The translations under genes and the position numbers were made by a program. A stretch of DNA of 64,000 nucleotides, taken from the NCBI GenBank assembly GCA_963827655.1, contig CAWHCF010000002.1:160001-224000 (forward strand). Reading direction: 5' to 3'. Origin of the DNA: an uncultured Acidobacteriota bacterium (GTDB lineage Bacteria > Acidobacteriota > UBA6911). Numbering within the stretch: position 1 is the stretch's first letter; each line of letters begins with the position of its first letter. Below are positions 29,661 through 40,747 of the stretch, in pieces. The notes below the pieces were generated by a model. It was not told the origin of the DNA. It saw only the letters and a program-made list of their open reading frames with translations, and searched no databases.

Positions 29661-31685
29661 TTAATAATTCGAAACTTCCAGGGCTTGAGGCAGGCTGTCC
29701 GCCTGGCCAAGATTGGTGGAATTTCCGTACAGGTTGTAGATTTTGCGAGTATAGCTGAAAGCTTCGGGAAGATTCGTCAAACAGACGATCCGTCTGGGTG
29801 CAAAGGCTCCTGCCACCTCGGGAATATCAGTAAGCCGCAGGATATTAAGGAGCGCCGGCCTCTGCCAGTGAGATGAAGGCGGATCGTTGAGAATCACTTG
29901 CTTGACCCGCTCGTCGAAGAGACCCGCATAGAGGGCGAGAATGCCCATCTCTCCCTTGCCATAAATGGAAATCAACGGAGGGGAAATCTTTTCTTCGCCG
30001 GTTACCCACTCGATGGCGCGCAAGATATCCCAGATCTGCATGGAAGCTGTGGTCCTGCCAATCCAGGAGGCGGTTCGTTCAATTTCCGCGTACTGAAAGG
30101 CACTCACCGGATGTTCGGTCAAACGGGGGTTCAGGATCAGGACATTAAACCGGCCCAACAGGGGCAGGAGTTCGTCCAGATCAAGGAAATAGTGGGAATC
30201 GCCCGCACGCTTCACATAGATGAGAAGGGGAGAGCTGCCTGAACGAACTCTGGGCCTCAAGAGTTGAGCCCGGACTCGCACCCCCGACTCGCTGCTAAAC
30301 TCAACGTCTTTGTAATCGGCGTAACGGGACGCCCATCCACCTCGGTTCTGGCTCACTTTGGTCTCGAAAGGCGCTTTCGTACGAGGAAACCAGCGAAAAG
30401 TCCGTTCTCTAAGACCCTGCAATAATTCCTGGCGACGGTTATTCCACTCTGCCAGAGAAGGCCAACTCTTCAGAGTTGCTACAGGAATGAGCTGATTGTG
30501 GATACTATAGTTAGTGGCATCCGGGGGCAATTTGGATAGGCAAGCCAGATCTTCCGGTGTTTCTTTGCCCACGGGTTCCACTTCCGGAGAATCGCTCTCA
30601 TTCTTCAGCCAACGTTTCATCCACTGGCGTGCTTCCTTAAGAAAGAGCGGAACATCGCTATGCCCGACGTCGGCGTCTATTTCCTTAACTCGGTCTGACT
30701 CTCCGCGAGTTCCGGCGTAGAGATCATAAACTCCCTTCACCTTTCGAAACACCTCATGATAGCCGTCGGGTGGAAAATCCGGGTCCTTCCGACCACTCAT
30801 CATGATCAATGGACGCGGTGCTATTAACGCACCGACGATGGGAAAATCTTCCAGATAAGTATTGTGGAAATATATACAATCGCATTGTCCCGCCGCGACC
30901 CAATGGGCAGCCTGTGATCCGAAGGTAAACGTAGAGCAGACCGGAGCCGCTGCCTGAACTCGTTCATCTACCGCGGCCGTATACCACGTAGTAGCCCCGC
31001 CACCAGAAATGCCGGTCATTCCAATCTGCTGTTTATTGACTTCCGGGCGAGCTTCCAAATAATCCAGGGCGCGTATCGCATTCCATACTTCAGTCCCTGC
31101 CGGCGTATATCCCAAAGACAACCAGTGCCACATATTCAAGTCATGGATGCCATGATGGATGCCTGCCACTTCGCCGAATTCGAGCGTGTCCAGAATCAGA
31201 CAGGCATAACCGTTCGAAGCAAACCAGATTGCCCGATCCTGGTAATAGGATTTCGCCCCTAACGGATGGGGCGAATGGCCACAGACGTAAAGAATCGTAG
31301 GTAGAGGATAAGGATGCTTTGTGGGAAGATAAAAATTACCCGTTACATAGAGCCCCGGCAGGCTCTGGAAGACGATTTTTTCAATGGTGTAATCAGGCCG
31401 ATTGATTTTCCCTGTGATCCGCGCATTAAGCGGCGTGCGTTTTGGCAGGGGGTCTAACCCCAGCATGTAAAGCAGCTGCTGACGCAACACGAGTCGCTGC
31501 TCCTTCCAGGCTTCCAGGCTCTTGATCTGGGTTAGAGAATGAGTGGAAATCTCGGCGGCGGTTTCCTTAAGGTAATTGAGAAACAGTCGGTGTCGATTGG
31601 CGGCATCTTCCTGAGCCAGGACCAAGGTACACAAGAAGAGACTCATCACAGGAAGGACCAGGTGCCTGATGGTTGTGGTCTTCAT
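29661..31685 (-). CDS. Secreted alpha/beta hydrolase (acetylxylan esterase-like, two domains)
   Basis: Signal peptide, IEKIVFQSLPGLYVTGNFYLP, GMTGISGGG nucleophile elbow, LIAPRPL. Confidence 0.8.
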   Translation of the reverse strand: MKTTTIRHLVLPVMSLFLCTLVLAQEDAANRHRLFLNYLKETAAEISTHSLTQIKSLEAWKEQRLVLRQQLLYMLGLDPLPKRTPLNARITGKINRPDYTIEKIVFQSLPGLYVTGNFYLPTKHPYPLPTILYVCGHSPHPLGAKSYYQDRAIWFASNGYACLILDTLEFGEVAGIHHGIHDLNMWHWLSLGYTPAGTEVWNAIRALDYLEARPEVNKQQIGMTGISGGGATTWYTAAVDERVQAAAPVCSTFTFGSQAAHWVAAGQCDCIYFHNTYLEDFPIVGALIAPRPLIMMSGRKDPDFPPDGYHEVFRKVKGVYDLYAGTRGESDRVKEIDADVGHSDVPLFLKEARQWMKRWLKNESDSPEVEPVGKETPEDLACLSKLPPDATNYSIHNQLIPVATLKSWPSLAEWNNRRQELLQGLRERTFRWFPRTKAPFETKVSQNRGGWASRYADYKDVEFSSESGVRVRAQLLRPRVRSGSSPLLIYVKRAGDSHYFLDLDELLPLLGRFNVLILNPRLTEHPVSAFQYAEIERTASWIGRTTASMQIWDILRAIEWVTGEEKISPPLISIYGKGEMGILALYAGLFDERVKQVILNDPPSSHWQRPALLNILRLTDIPEVAGAFAPRRIVCLTNLPEAFSYTRKIYNLYGNSTNLGQADSLPQALEVSNY

Positions 31686-31765
31686 TGCGAATAGCCTGAA
31701 ATCCAGAGACTCTGCGAGTGTGGCCCGTTTGGGGGTAGAGCCATGGATCATCAAGGATCAGCTAA

Positions 31766-32070
31766 TTAATTGTCAATGGGGATCCATGGCTTGGTCACTG
31801 ACGCAATTGAATAGGGAGTGTCGACTGTTGCCGGCACGCGGGCTTCGCGATCAGCAAAACCAAACCCCTCGCTCCACAGGATTCGACCGCCGCGCGCCAC
31901 GGCGACGACCAATGATGGAGTCGCCCCGTCGGCCACGATCTTCCGGATCTTCGCGCGAAAATCTTCAATGTTGAGCTGCTCGCGCTGGCTCGGCGCGAGT
32001 GCGACGGCACACGCCAGCAGCAGTCCGAGGGTAACGGTCGCACGCTGAATGATCAGCCCAACTCCTGGAG
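31766..32070 (-). pseudogene. Truncated serine hydrolase/beta-lactamase-family N-terminal fragment
   Basis: GFGFADREARVPATVDTPYSIASVTK (SxxK), then stops within a few codons. Confidence 0.7.
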
Positions 32071-32218
32071 AACAGCCCGCCGAACTATGTGGCTCCGAAT
32101 TGGTCGGCACTAAATTTGTCTTGGGCGCCACCGTCGCCACCTGGAACGGCGTTCAACGGACAATCTGAGGCTGTTGTTTCGCGCCAGCGACATCCTCGTC
32201 GGCTGTAGCAATGAAATC

Positions 32219-32875
32219 TTATCTGTGGATGGAGACCCAGCATGGACCATCGTGGCAGTAGGCAACCTCGCCGGTCGCCAAATCCACTGCTGCCCTTTTG
32301 CACTGATTCTCATCCTTATCGATCGTGCTGAAACCCCACATGAGGAGCCTCCCGGTCAGGTTCTCAAACCCGATGTCGGACCAATTCGGTTGCATTCCCT
32401 TTTCGCAGCTTTGGAAAGCTCTCTCTACTTTCAAGCGCGACACAACTTTGGGAATAGTAAGTTGGTCAGTCTCTCGAATGGCCAGCCGTACTGCCCGTGC
32501 AATGACCTCCTGGTCTGGTTCCCTATCTAGCGGATACTCTCCAAGATCGACACTCGCTGCTTGGACCAAACGCACCCAGTCCAACACAAACACATAGTCG
32601 ATCCTGCACCAGACGTAAATGGGACCCTCTACAAGTTGGACGTTCGAGATTTCGATCCGCTTGTCAAACATGCCTTCCGACAAACGGTTCCTCGTCAGGA
32701 ACTGCCTCTTCCATTCCGCAAATACCTTTGCTGGTAAACCTTGCTGGACCGGAATGCGCTGTGAAATCCTACCGTTCGCCAGTGCATCGTCAGAGTAACC
32801 GGACAAAAACAGGAGCCAAGGAATTAAAGTTAGGCGGGCCAATCTTATCAAAGGGAAAAAGTCCTTTTCTTTCAC
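32219..32875 (-). CDS. Hypothetical secreted protein
   Basis: 218-aa ORF with N-terminal hydrophobic segment and Cys-rich C-terminus; no family recognised. Confidence 0.5.
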   Translation of the reverse strand: MKEKDFFPLIRLARLTLIPWLLFLSGYSDDALANGRISQRIPVQQGLPAKVFAEWKRQFLTRNRLSEGMFDKRIEISNVQLVEGPIYVWCRIDYVFVLDWVRLVQAASVDLGEYPLDREPDQEVIARAVRLAIRETDQLTIPKVVSRLKVERAFQSCEKGMQPNWSDIGFENLTGRLLMWGFSTIDKDENQCKRAAVDLATGEVAYCHDGPCWVSIHR

Positions 32876-33114
32876 CGACGCTTAGTCAGTTTCTTTTCGT
32901 TTCGACACTCGCCTGAATTGGACACCAAGCTACGCAGTTTTGTTTCGTTCAGTGACCGGTTCAGAGGTCGATGGTTGTAAGGTCGAAAAACTCGATCCCC
33001 TTAGACATCATTGCTCGGTAGCACTCAAGGGCAGTTGGGCTGGGTGTCTCCGTGCTATAGTGCTCCCGTGAGAAAAAGTGATTTCCTATCTATTCTGTCC
33101 AGTTCACTCGCCCC

Positions 33115-34326
33115 ATGAATACTCCCCATCTTGCCTGTTTCCTCTTCGCTCTCTTGCTCGCTGCGCCGGTCATCGTATTTTCCCAGTCCGCTCTCGATCA
33201 ACAACTGCGCGCCGCCATCGAGCGCAAGGACGTGCCGGGCGTGGTTGTGATCGCGGGCGACCGCAAGGGCGTCATGTACCAAGGCGCGTTCGGCATGGCG
33301 GAGACCGACGCCGGGCGGGCGATGACGGCCGATGCGATCTTCCGCATCGCCTCGATGACGAAGGCGGTCACTGCCGTCGCCGCGATGCAACTCATCGAGG
33401 AGCGCAAACTCGCGCTCGACGATCCCGCCGCGAATTACCTGCCCGAGCTGGCGAACCCGATGGTGTTCGAGTCGTTCGACGCCGCGACCGGTGCCTACAA
33501 GCTGCGGCCCGCCGCCTCGGCGATCACGGTGCGGCAGCTCTTCACTCATACCTCGGGGCTCGGCTATCCGTTCACGAGCGCGGTGCTCAACAAATTCAAG
33601 CCACGCGAGGGCGAAACCTATCCCGCCGGTCCGCTGCTCTTCGATCCGGGCACGGACTGGATCTACGGCACGAGCACCGATCAGCTCGGCAAAATCGTGG
33701 AGAAACTCTCGGGTAAGAACCTCGAAGCATATTTTCGCGAGCGCATCTTCGGCCCGCTCGGCATGAACGACACCGGCTACAACGTCCCCGCCGAAAAACA
33801 CGCGCGCATCGTGAATGTCCACCGCCGCGGCGCCGATGGCGCGCTCGCCGAGCAGCCGCGCAACCCGCCCCAAACCGCGACGCGCTTCAACGGCGGCGGC
33901 GGGCTCTACTCGACGGCGGGTGACTACCTGCGTTTTCTCCAAATGCTGCTCAACGGCGGCGAATTCGGCGGCGCGCGCGTCCTTTCGCGCGAGTCGGTCG
34001 CGCTCATGGGCCAGAATCACATCGGCGCCGTGGGCGTACGCGCGGCGAAATCGACTCAGCCGAACCTGAGCAGCGATTTTACCTTCGTCGACGACGGTCG
34101 CGACAAGTGGGGCCTCGGTTTCCAGATCACCACGGCCGCGGTCGCCGGCAAGCGCTCGCCCGGCAGCCTGAGCTGGGGCGGCATCAACAACACGTTCTTC
34201 TGGCTCGATCCCTCACGCGGCGTGGCCGGCGTGGTCATGATGCAGTTCTTGCCGTTTGCGGATACGAAGGCGCTGGGGGTTTACGATGCGTTTGAGCGCG
34301 GCGTCTATCAACTGCTCGGCAAGTGA
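33115..34326 (+). CDS. Serine hydrolase, beta-lactamase (class C-like/esterase VIII) family
   Basis: IASMTK, LFTHTSG, WIYG, PLGMNDT, GGGGLYSTAGDY, SWGG. Confidence 0.9.
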   Translation: MNTPHLACFLFALLLAAPVIVFSQSALDQQLRAAIERKDVPGVVVIAGDRKGVMYQGAFGMAETDAGRAMTADAIFRIASMTKAVTAVAAMQLIEERKLALDDPAANYLPELANPMVFESFDAATGAYKLRPAASAITVRQLFTHTSGLGYPFTSAVLNKFKPREGETYPAGPLLFDPGTDWIYGTSTDQLGKIVEKLSGKNLEAYFRERIFGPLGMNDTGYNVPAEKHARIVNVHRRGADGALAEQPRNPPQTATRFNGGGGLYSTAGDYLRFLQMLLNGGEFGGARVLSRESVALMGQNHIGAVGVRAAKSTQPNLSSDFTFVDDGRDKWGLGFQITTAAVAGKRSPGSLSWGGINNTFFWLDPSRGVAGVVMMQFLPFADTKALGVYDAFERGVYQLLGK

Positions 34327-34576
34327 GCGTCTTCGCGGGGTTGATGTCTCTAAACCATCGGACAATCCGCGCATCGCCATGCGCGCGCCAGGGACCTCGA
34401 CCGAGTCCCCGCCAACGCCATGGTCAACGTGGCCTGGCGCAACGGACCCGTGGAGGACGTTCACGCCGAACTGGCGTGCGACTACCTGGTAACCCAGCGG
34501 CGGGTGGCTACGCCCTGGCCTCGATGTGGCTGATCACCCGGTCGGACTGGAGAGTTTTGATAAGGAGGAGTTTAAG

Positions 34577-36265
34577 ATGACGAATGCGATCACAAGCGTC
34601 CCCCACAGTGCGCCAGAGTGGAAGAACTGGAGCGGGAACCTCGTCCATAATTCGATCAATGGGGAGACCTACTACTACGCGCCGAGGAACCCGGCCGAGT
34701 TGAAGACCGTACTAGAGAATGCCGCGAAAAATGGTGTGATCGTTCGGGTTTCCGGACAGCGGCACTCACAATCGCCACTGGTCGTGGACGACAATCGGGG
34801 CGGGTCGCCTACGACCGCGAAGACCTGGCTCGTCGACCTATCCTGCTATGCGGACCTGGGAGCCAGCCGGAACGAACGCATTGTGCTAGGACCGGGAGCA
34901 AGGCAGGTTACGGTGAATACCGGTGTGCGCGAGGACGAACTGGACGCGTTCCTGACCGTTCATAATCTGATGCTGAAAACAGTCACGGCCGGAGGGTTCT
35001 TCAGTCTCGGTGGCATGACCGCGGTCGACGTGCATGGCGGCACGATGGACGCGCCGATTTTCGCTGAGACGGTGTCGGCGTTCATGATCGTACGAGCCGA
35101 CGGCTCCGAGATGACGATCGACGCGCAGTCGCCGGCTATGGGCAAATGGTCGCCTTTGCAGTTCGCTCGGGTATCGATGGGCGGACTGGGCATCGTGACG
35201 TCGGTCACAATCGATGTCATGGACCGCCCGTGGGCGACGACGCTTCAGGGGGGCACCGAGCGATTAGGACTTGCTGACAAGTCGGCCTTCGTGAAGACAT
35301 TTCAGACGCTATTGAGGGACCACACTCGGTTGGAGACGTTCTTCACCCCTTACGCCACTGACCATGTAGGGAGCCCTTTGTATGCCAAGAACTTCCTCGC
35401 GCTGTGGTGGGATGTGGTAAAAGATCCATCTCAGAAGATTCCGAACGGGCCACCGAACCCTGATCCCCCAAATGCATGTATCCTTGCCAGCAAACAGCCA
35501 CCAGAATACGGCGCGCCTTATCTGGAGGGATTCGCCCAATACGGTGCCGACGTAGCCCAACGGGCACAGTATGCAGTAAGCCCAGGCAATAGTTTATCTG
35601 GTGCCATTCAAGATGGCATCGACAATCCTGCTATTATCTCAGCAATCACCTTCGACGTGATCGAGCGGGAAATTGCTACGGCCAACAAGTCGCATTCGGA
35701 CTTGTGGTTGACAGGTGCGGTGCGCGTCATTTTCATGTCGTATTACATTCCGCTCCCCGGACTCGACGAGGCAGGGCTCGGCAAAGTGTGGGACGGCTTG
35801 GATGCCGTTTCCCAGATCGTCACGAAAGACCGCCACTTCCACATCGCAGCACCGATGGAGTTCCGCTTCGTCAAGGGCGGCAACTCGGCCATGTCGGCGA
35901 CATTCACAGAGGATCCCGAGCACACTTGGTTCGTCAACTTAGACATGATCGGTTTCGTGGAGAAGGATCGAAAGGCGGCCGATTATCCCGCTGCGCTGCT
36001 GCAGTTCTTCGCCGACGTCGAGCGGAAGTGGGTCGAAATGGGCGGCTTTCCACATAACGGCAAGATGTATGGTTTCTACGACCCAACCGCGGCTCCGACT
36101 ACCTCCGCAACGGCGCCTTTCAACCCGAACTTCCTGGCCGACCTCCGCCGGCGCCGCGGCGCACGCCTGGAGTCCTTCAACGCCTACCGCAACAGACTCG
36201 ATCCGAATGGCCTCTTCTACAACGGCTTTCTGCGCGCTTTGCTGGAAGGTCTGGGAAACAAATAG
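34577..36265 (+). CDS. FAD-linked oxidoreductase (aldonolactone oxidase/VAO-like)
   Basis: AAGGAGG RBS, WKNWSG, RVSGQRHS flavinylation-type His, VHGG, GGLGIVT, PHNGK. Confidence 0.78.
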   Translation: MTNAITSVPHSAPEWKNWSGNLVHNSINGETYYYAPRNPAELKTVLENAAKNGVIVRVSGQRHSQSPLVVDDNRGGSPTTAKTWLVDLSCYADLGASRNERIVLGPGARQVTVNTGVREDELDAFLTVHNLMLKTVTAGGFFSLGGMTAVDVHGGTMDAPIFAETVSAFMIVRADGSEMTIDAQSPAMGKWSPLQFARVSMGGLGIVTSVTIDVMDRPWATTLQGGTERLGLADKSAFVKTFQTLLRDHTRLETFFTPYATDHVGSPLYAKNFLALWWDVVKDPSQKIPNGPPNPDPPNACILASKQPPEYGAPYLEGFAQYGADVAQRAQYAVSPGNSLSGAIQDGIDNPAIISAITFDVIEREIATANKSHSDLWLTGAVRVIFMSYYIPLPGLDEAGLGKVWDGLDAVSQIVTKDRHFHIAAPMEFRFVKGGNSAMSATFTEDPEHTWFVNLDMIGFVEKDRKAADYPAALLQFFADVERKWVEMGGFPHNGKMYGFYDPTAAPTTSATAPFNPNFLADLRRRRGARLESFNAYRNRLDPNGLFYNGFLRALLEGLGNK

Positions 36266-36527
36266 TCCGGCACGTCCTCGCTGAACGCGGTGACCTTGTA
36301 GCCCTGTGGATGTCCGGGCGAATGTAGACATGACCGGCCGGCCCGGCGATGGTGATGATGGCGGCGGCGTCGTGCCAGCGGCTGCCGATGGACGAGTTTC
36401 AGGTCATATCGATCGCGCAGTATTGTCGCGGACTGTTTCAAACGCCAATAGCGGCATGAAGCTCCGCAGTCGTGAGCGTCAGGCAAGCGAATAGGACTGA
36501 GTAATTTGCTCAACGCGTCAGACGAAC

Positions 36528-36654
36528 ACGTTACCCTTTGAATAGCCCGGTTTGAATTTGCTTGCCGCGTTTGAAGCTCAGAAAATCCAAGGATTGCGAC
36601 AATTCGTCCTGGACCCGTGGATGATGACGGCAAATTCGGAATTCGCCAGGGACA
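36528..36654 (+). repeat. ~130-bp dispersed element, copy A
   Basis: Aligns by eye with the reverse complement of 51546..51678 (TTTGAATAGCCCGGTTTGAATTTG...GGAATTCGCCAGGGACA). Confidence 0.85.
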
Positions 36655-36680
36655 GGGTGGGACCCCGGCCCTTGCGCCGG

Positions 36681-37430
36681 CTATTCGGGCGCGTCGACGG
36701 CGGCCGCCCCGTCGATCCGGTACTTCACGTCACGCGAGACCATGGTGTGGGGGCCAACGATCCGGACGCTGACGGTGACTTCCGACGCGGTCTGCAGCCA
36801 CATGCCGCCGACCTCGCCATAGCGAAAGGCGATGCGGACGTCTCGCAGCCACCACGAGGGGGACTTCGCGGGCTCCCCCTCGCTGCGCCGGACGAGGTAG
36901 GTCGTGGCATCGACCCAGACGCGGCCGCGCAGGAGGTTGTGGTCCTTGCGCCGCGGGAGCAACTCGAGCAGATAGCAGCGGACGCCGGCGTCGTCTTCCT
37001 CGCGCACGAAACGGACGGCGTAGTTGGCGTCCGAGAGGTCGGTGGCGGCGTGCTGGCGGGTGATCTCGGCCTCGCTCTCCAGCATGCGGCGGACGACCCG
37101 CTCGCCGAGTCCCGCGCCGCTGCTCCGCCGGATGGTGTACTGCTTGGAGTCGGGCGGGACGAAGGCAACGTCGGACGTCACCCGTGACTTCGCGCGGTCC
37201 CGCTCCCTGCCAAAAAGCTCGTAGTCCCGGGTTACGACGTAGGGGCGGAAGCGGGCCCGGTTCAGGGCGCGGGCCTCGGCCATCCGCGCCATGATCGTCG
37301 CCACCGGCGGCACCGGCCTACCGGGCTCGGCTGAAGCGGCGGCCACGATCGCCATCGCGTAGAGACAGGTGAGCCGCGCTATCGGCCGCCGCAACGGCCC
37401 CTGCTCCTCGCCGGATCTCTTTCCGGGCAT
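36681..37430 (-). CDS. LolA/RseB-like periplasmic protein (outer-membrane lipoprotein-sorting-like fold)
   Basis: GAGAGG RBS, signal-like segment, CYLLELLPR...LRGRVWVDATTY pattern. Confidence 0.6.
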   Translation of the reverse strand: MPGKRSGEEQGPLRRPIARLTCLYAMAIVAAASAEPGRPVPPVATIMARMAEARALNRARFRPYVVTRDYELFGRERDRAKSRVTSDVAFVPPDSKQYTIRRSSGAGLGERVVRRMLESEAEITRQHAATDLSDANYAVRFVREEDDAGVRCYLLELLPRRKDHNLLRGRVWVDATTYLVRRSEGEPAKSPSWWLRDVRIAFRYGEVGGMWLQTASEVTVSVRIVGPHTMVSRDVKYRIDGAAAVDAPE

Positions 37431-37647
37431 TGCCTCTCCCCTCCTGAAGCGACCTCACTCGCCGCCGCGGGTCTCGTTCACCGCGTGCAGCTTGGCCCAG
37501 CTGAAAGACCCGCGCCACGACAGGATCACGTCACGGACCCGCCAGGCGACAAATGGTCCGGCCCAGTCGCGGTCGAATCTCTTTCATTGCTGGAGGAGCC
37601 GCGGAGGACCGCATGCGAGGACACGCAAGCGGGGCACAAGTTGGCGT

Positions 37648-37862
37648 GCTCACAGGGCGCTCAAATTCGGAGGTGAGGTTAGGACGCCAGCTATGCAAGC
37701 CGGGCTGACCACTCGACGGCTGAGGTTAAGAGAGATCTTCCCGTCGGCGATGGTTCTCTGGGTATCGGAGAAAGTCATGTTCGGACAACCGACCGTCTTG
37801 GTCGTTGTCGATGCTACGCCGATGCCTCTTGCGGCATAGCAACAATTGATGACGGAAGCACC
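37648..37862 (+). mobile_element. IS1-family-like transposase 3' remnant with probable right end
   Basis: HRALKFGGEVRTPAMQAGLTTRRL...MPLAA*, near-identical to 60419..60602. Confidence 0.75.
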
Positions 37863-37988
37863 TCCTCCGGCGTGCTTTGAACAGTTTCAATGCCAGGTCG
37901 GCTCCGTGACACTTCGCGGCCTTGAGCCCTAAATGTTCTGACAGCCACGAGACAGCTACTCCGACCCGTTTGTTCGCAGCCTGAGACG

Positions 37989-38983
37989 TTATGGAATGTT
38001 GGCCTGCGCCGCACAGCTTTGGATCGCGCCCTTCTGCTGACCAGTGATAATCCCGACTTTCTTCAGCTGATTGGTCAAATGGGAGACACAACTCACGAAC
38101 TTGCCGTGATTGCGGGCGCCCTCGGCGCATGCCACAATCAGGTCAGAGATCGTGCCCCCGCCGGGGAACACGGCATTGGGTACGCCGGAATCGCAGCCAT
38201 CAATGACGACGCTACCGCTTAAGCCGGTCAAGCCCGCAATGCGAATACCCGTGTTGAACAGCAACGTCTTACCCCCTGTGAGGGGGTCAATGATGAACAG
38301 GTCTCCCGTTGGCGATCCGCCATAGAGCGTACCAGCGGCGGCATCAAACCAGATATCGGATATGACGTTCGTGGCTACGCCAATCGGCGTATGCTGACCA
38401 GTGATGACATCGATTTGGATCAGATCTTCGGTTCGTCCATCCGCATTCCCTCGGGAACCGAACAGTTGGTTAGTCGCATCAAAAGCAAGACCTGCTACAA
38501 AACTGTTGCCACTGCCGGACATAGCAATGTTGCTCAAGATGTTTGCGTTTGCTGGATCAATGGCGAGCAAGCGCCCGGTGCTTCCGTCCCAGCTTCCACC
38601 ATAGAGGGTTCCCCCGGCATCAAACGCCAGGGCATCCACACCTTGGATGCCAGACAGCGCACCGATAAACGTAGCCGTCCCATTGCTCGAGTTAATCGTA
38701 TACAAGAAAGATGGCCCTGAGGAACCGCCGTCCGCGGTGTACAGGACTCTGTTACCGTCGAAAGCGAGGGCCCCCAATCTACTGAGTCCGGTATTGCCAA
38801 TGAGCGTCACCGTTTGCGCAACGGGGTCTATGGTGTAGAGACGTCCACCGCCATTGCTGTTTGCATCTCCTGTAGAAGCGTACAAGAGCGGCCCAGCCCA
38901 GCCCACGCTCCTCTACCGCCACCGACCAGTAGTACGAGTACCACGACACCCGATGCCGATAACAATACGCGTCGCGGCAACAT
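37989..38983 (-). pseudogene. Secreted beta-propeller protein, frameshifted by a 5-bp duplication near 38895
   Basis: AAGGAGG RBS, ATG 38983, signal peptide; repeated LAFD..G.LY...LY.ID blades; C-terminal NHGKFVSCV module. Confidence 0.7.
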
Positions 38984-39427
38984 ACGATGTCCTCCTTGAC
39001 GCTGTTAGAAGCCTGTTGCAACCATGGCGCGGTGCTTCCGCCATCGACTGTTGGTAGCTCGATCGCAACTCCTGTGCATAGTATCATCTGAGACTCAATT
39101 CAAAACTATCAGTTCCTCATGGTCCAGTATCAATGAAGAGTCTCAGCTGTCCAAACGGGGGTTGAGCGTACGGTAGTGTTAAGTGTTGCTGGGATCGACT
39201 TAACTTTTTTTGAGGCAGGATATTACAGATGAATTTGCCTTCAGCAATTCTAGTTCGTTGTTATCGCCAGTTTTGGCGCATTTCGGAGTGGTTTTCTCAC
39301 ATGGACTCTCACACGGAACCGACGATCTGGAGTCGGACTCAAGTCAAACGGATCGAGGCTCGCTTCGGTCCATATGAGTTCAGAGAGTAATAGCTATTCT
39401 GTCCCCATCAAGGCCTGCATGCAATGC

Positions 39428-39748
39428 TTATGGTGGCAAGACCAGTTCGCGAAAGTCCCCGGAGCCGAGTGAGCTGACCGCGGCCACTACTTCGGACAGA
39501 TGACGCTGAATCCGGGGCCAGCTGGTGGTCGGGAGCACCAAAATGGCGATTTTTCTCCCGATTAGGTTTCGTTGATAGGACAGGCTTTGATCAGTTGTTA
39601 TGAAGATATCAAACCCTGCTTCGGCCAATTCTAATAACTCGCCGTTCTCCAGCTTTGCCCAGCCCATCTCATAGGCGGTGGTGACCCGATGGCCAACCAA
39701 CACATGGCGCAAGGGCGCCGGCGTTCCTTGATCGAAGAGTATCCGCAT
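39428..39748 (-). CDS. PIN-like toxin (DUF5615/VapC45-like)
   Basis: MRILFDQG, NGELL, FITTDQSL; directly downstream of a DUF433 gene. Confidence 0.8.
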   Translation of the reverse strand: MRILFDQGTPAPLRHVLVGHRVTTAYEMGWAKLENGELLELAEAGFDIFITTDQSLSYQRNLIGRKIAILVLPTTSWPRIQRHLSEVVAAVSSLGSGDFRELVLPP

Positions 39749-39775
39749 GCTTTCCCGCAACCGGTTTAGGCGCCG

Positions 39776-39994
39776 TCAAGCTTCAAGCAGGCTGCGCTCC
39801 GCGTGCGCAAGTACTGCCTCGACCTGTTCGCGTGTCACACCGGGAAACCACTCTAGAAAATCATCCACCCGCGCTCCATCTTCTAAGTTTTCGAAGAGCG
39901 CCTTCACGGGCACACGCGTTCCTTTGAACACCCATGCGCCGTTGAGCTTCCCCGGCACACGTTCCACACTCGGGCACTGACTCCAATCAAGCAT
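39776..39994 (-). CDS. DUF433 antitoxin
   Basis: GAWVFKGTRVPVKALFENL...FLEWFPGVTREQV. Confidence 0.88.
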   Translation of the reverse strand: MLDWSQCPSVERVPGKLNGAWVFKGTRVPVKALFENLEDGARVDDFLEWFPGVTREQVEAVLAHAERSLLEA

Positions 39995-40103
39995 GGTTCA
40001 AGAGTATGACAGCTACCGCATCTCGACAAGGGACAAACTCGTTCTCGACATCCGGCAATGACGAGTAGGACGCGCGAGAAGCGGGTCCGGATGGACTCGG
40101 GGC

Positions 40104-40296
40104 GGGATTGTCAACTTACCGCGATCATGATCTGATGAGGCGGATGAATACTTCGCCTTGTGTCCTATCTGCCGGTCTCTACAAAGGCCATCGCTTTCCC
40201 GCCGAGATCATCAGCCACTGCGTCTGGTTGTATTTTCGATTCTGCCTGAGTTACCGCGACGTGGAGGAGATGATGGCCGAGCGCGGCATTGCGGTC
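40104..40296 (+). mobile_element. IS6-family 5' remnant with terminal inverted repeat
   Basis: GGGATTGTCAACTT end; YKGHRFPAEIISHCVWLYFRFCLSYRDVEEMMAERG. Confidence 0.85.
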
Positions 40297-40747
40297 ATCC
40301 TTTCCGTCTCGAAATATGTCGATCGCAATTCCGGCTTCCTCCACTCCGCAACCACATCACTGCGCGGCGCTTGCATGTCGGCTCAGTTTATTGACCAAAC
40401 GCGGAAGTTTTATCTCTAGATGAAACGAGAATGGACGAACGTTACGTGTTTGTGTTGGTGCGCGCTCTTTTCGTTTGGCGTTTTCACAGAGCGCCGGCGC
40501 AGCCCAGAGATGTTCAGGTGAATTCAACCTTCATCCTAACGTCGATGACGGCGAGCCCAAGATTCAAGTGCTGCGAGCGAGCGGCGCGTCGCGGCAAAGC
40601 AATAGACTCGAAAAAGTGTTGCGCATATAGCTTTACGCAAGGCCGGGTTGGGCGGGCGAAGTGGAAAAAGACGTCAGCCAGTAGAGCGGGCCTTGTGATA
40701 ACCTGTGTGTAACTTCGAGCGATAACGCCAGAAGGCGGAGCGTTGGC

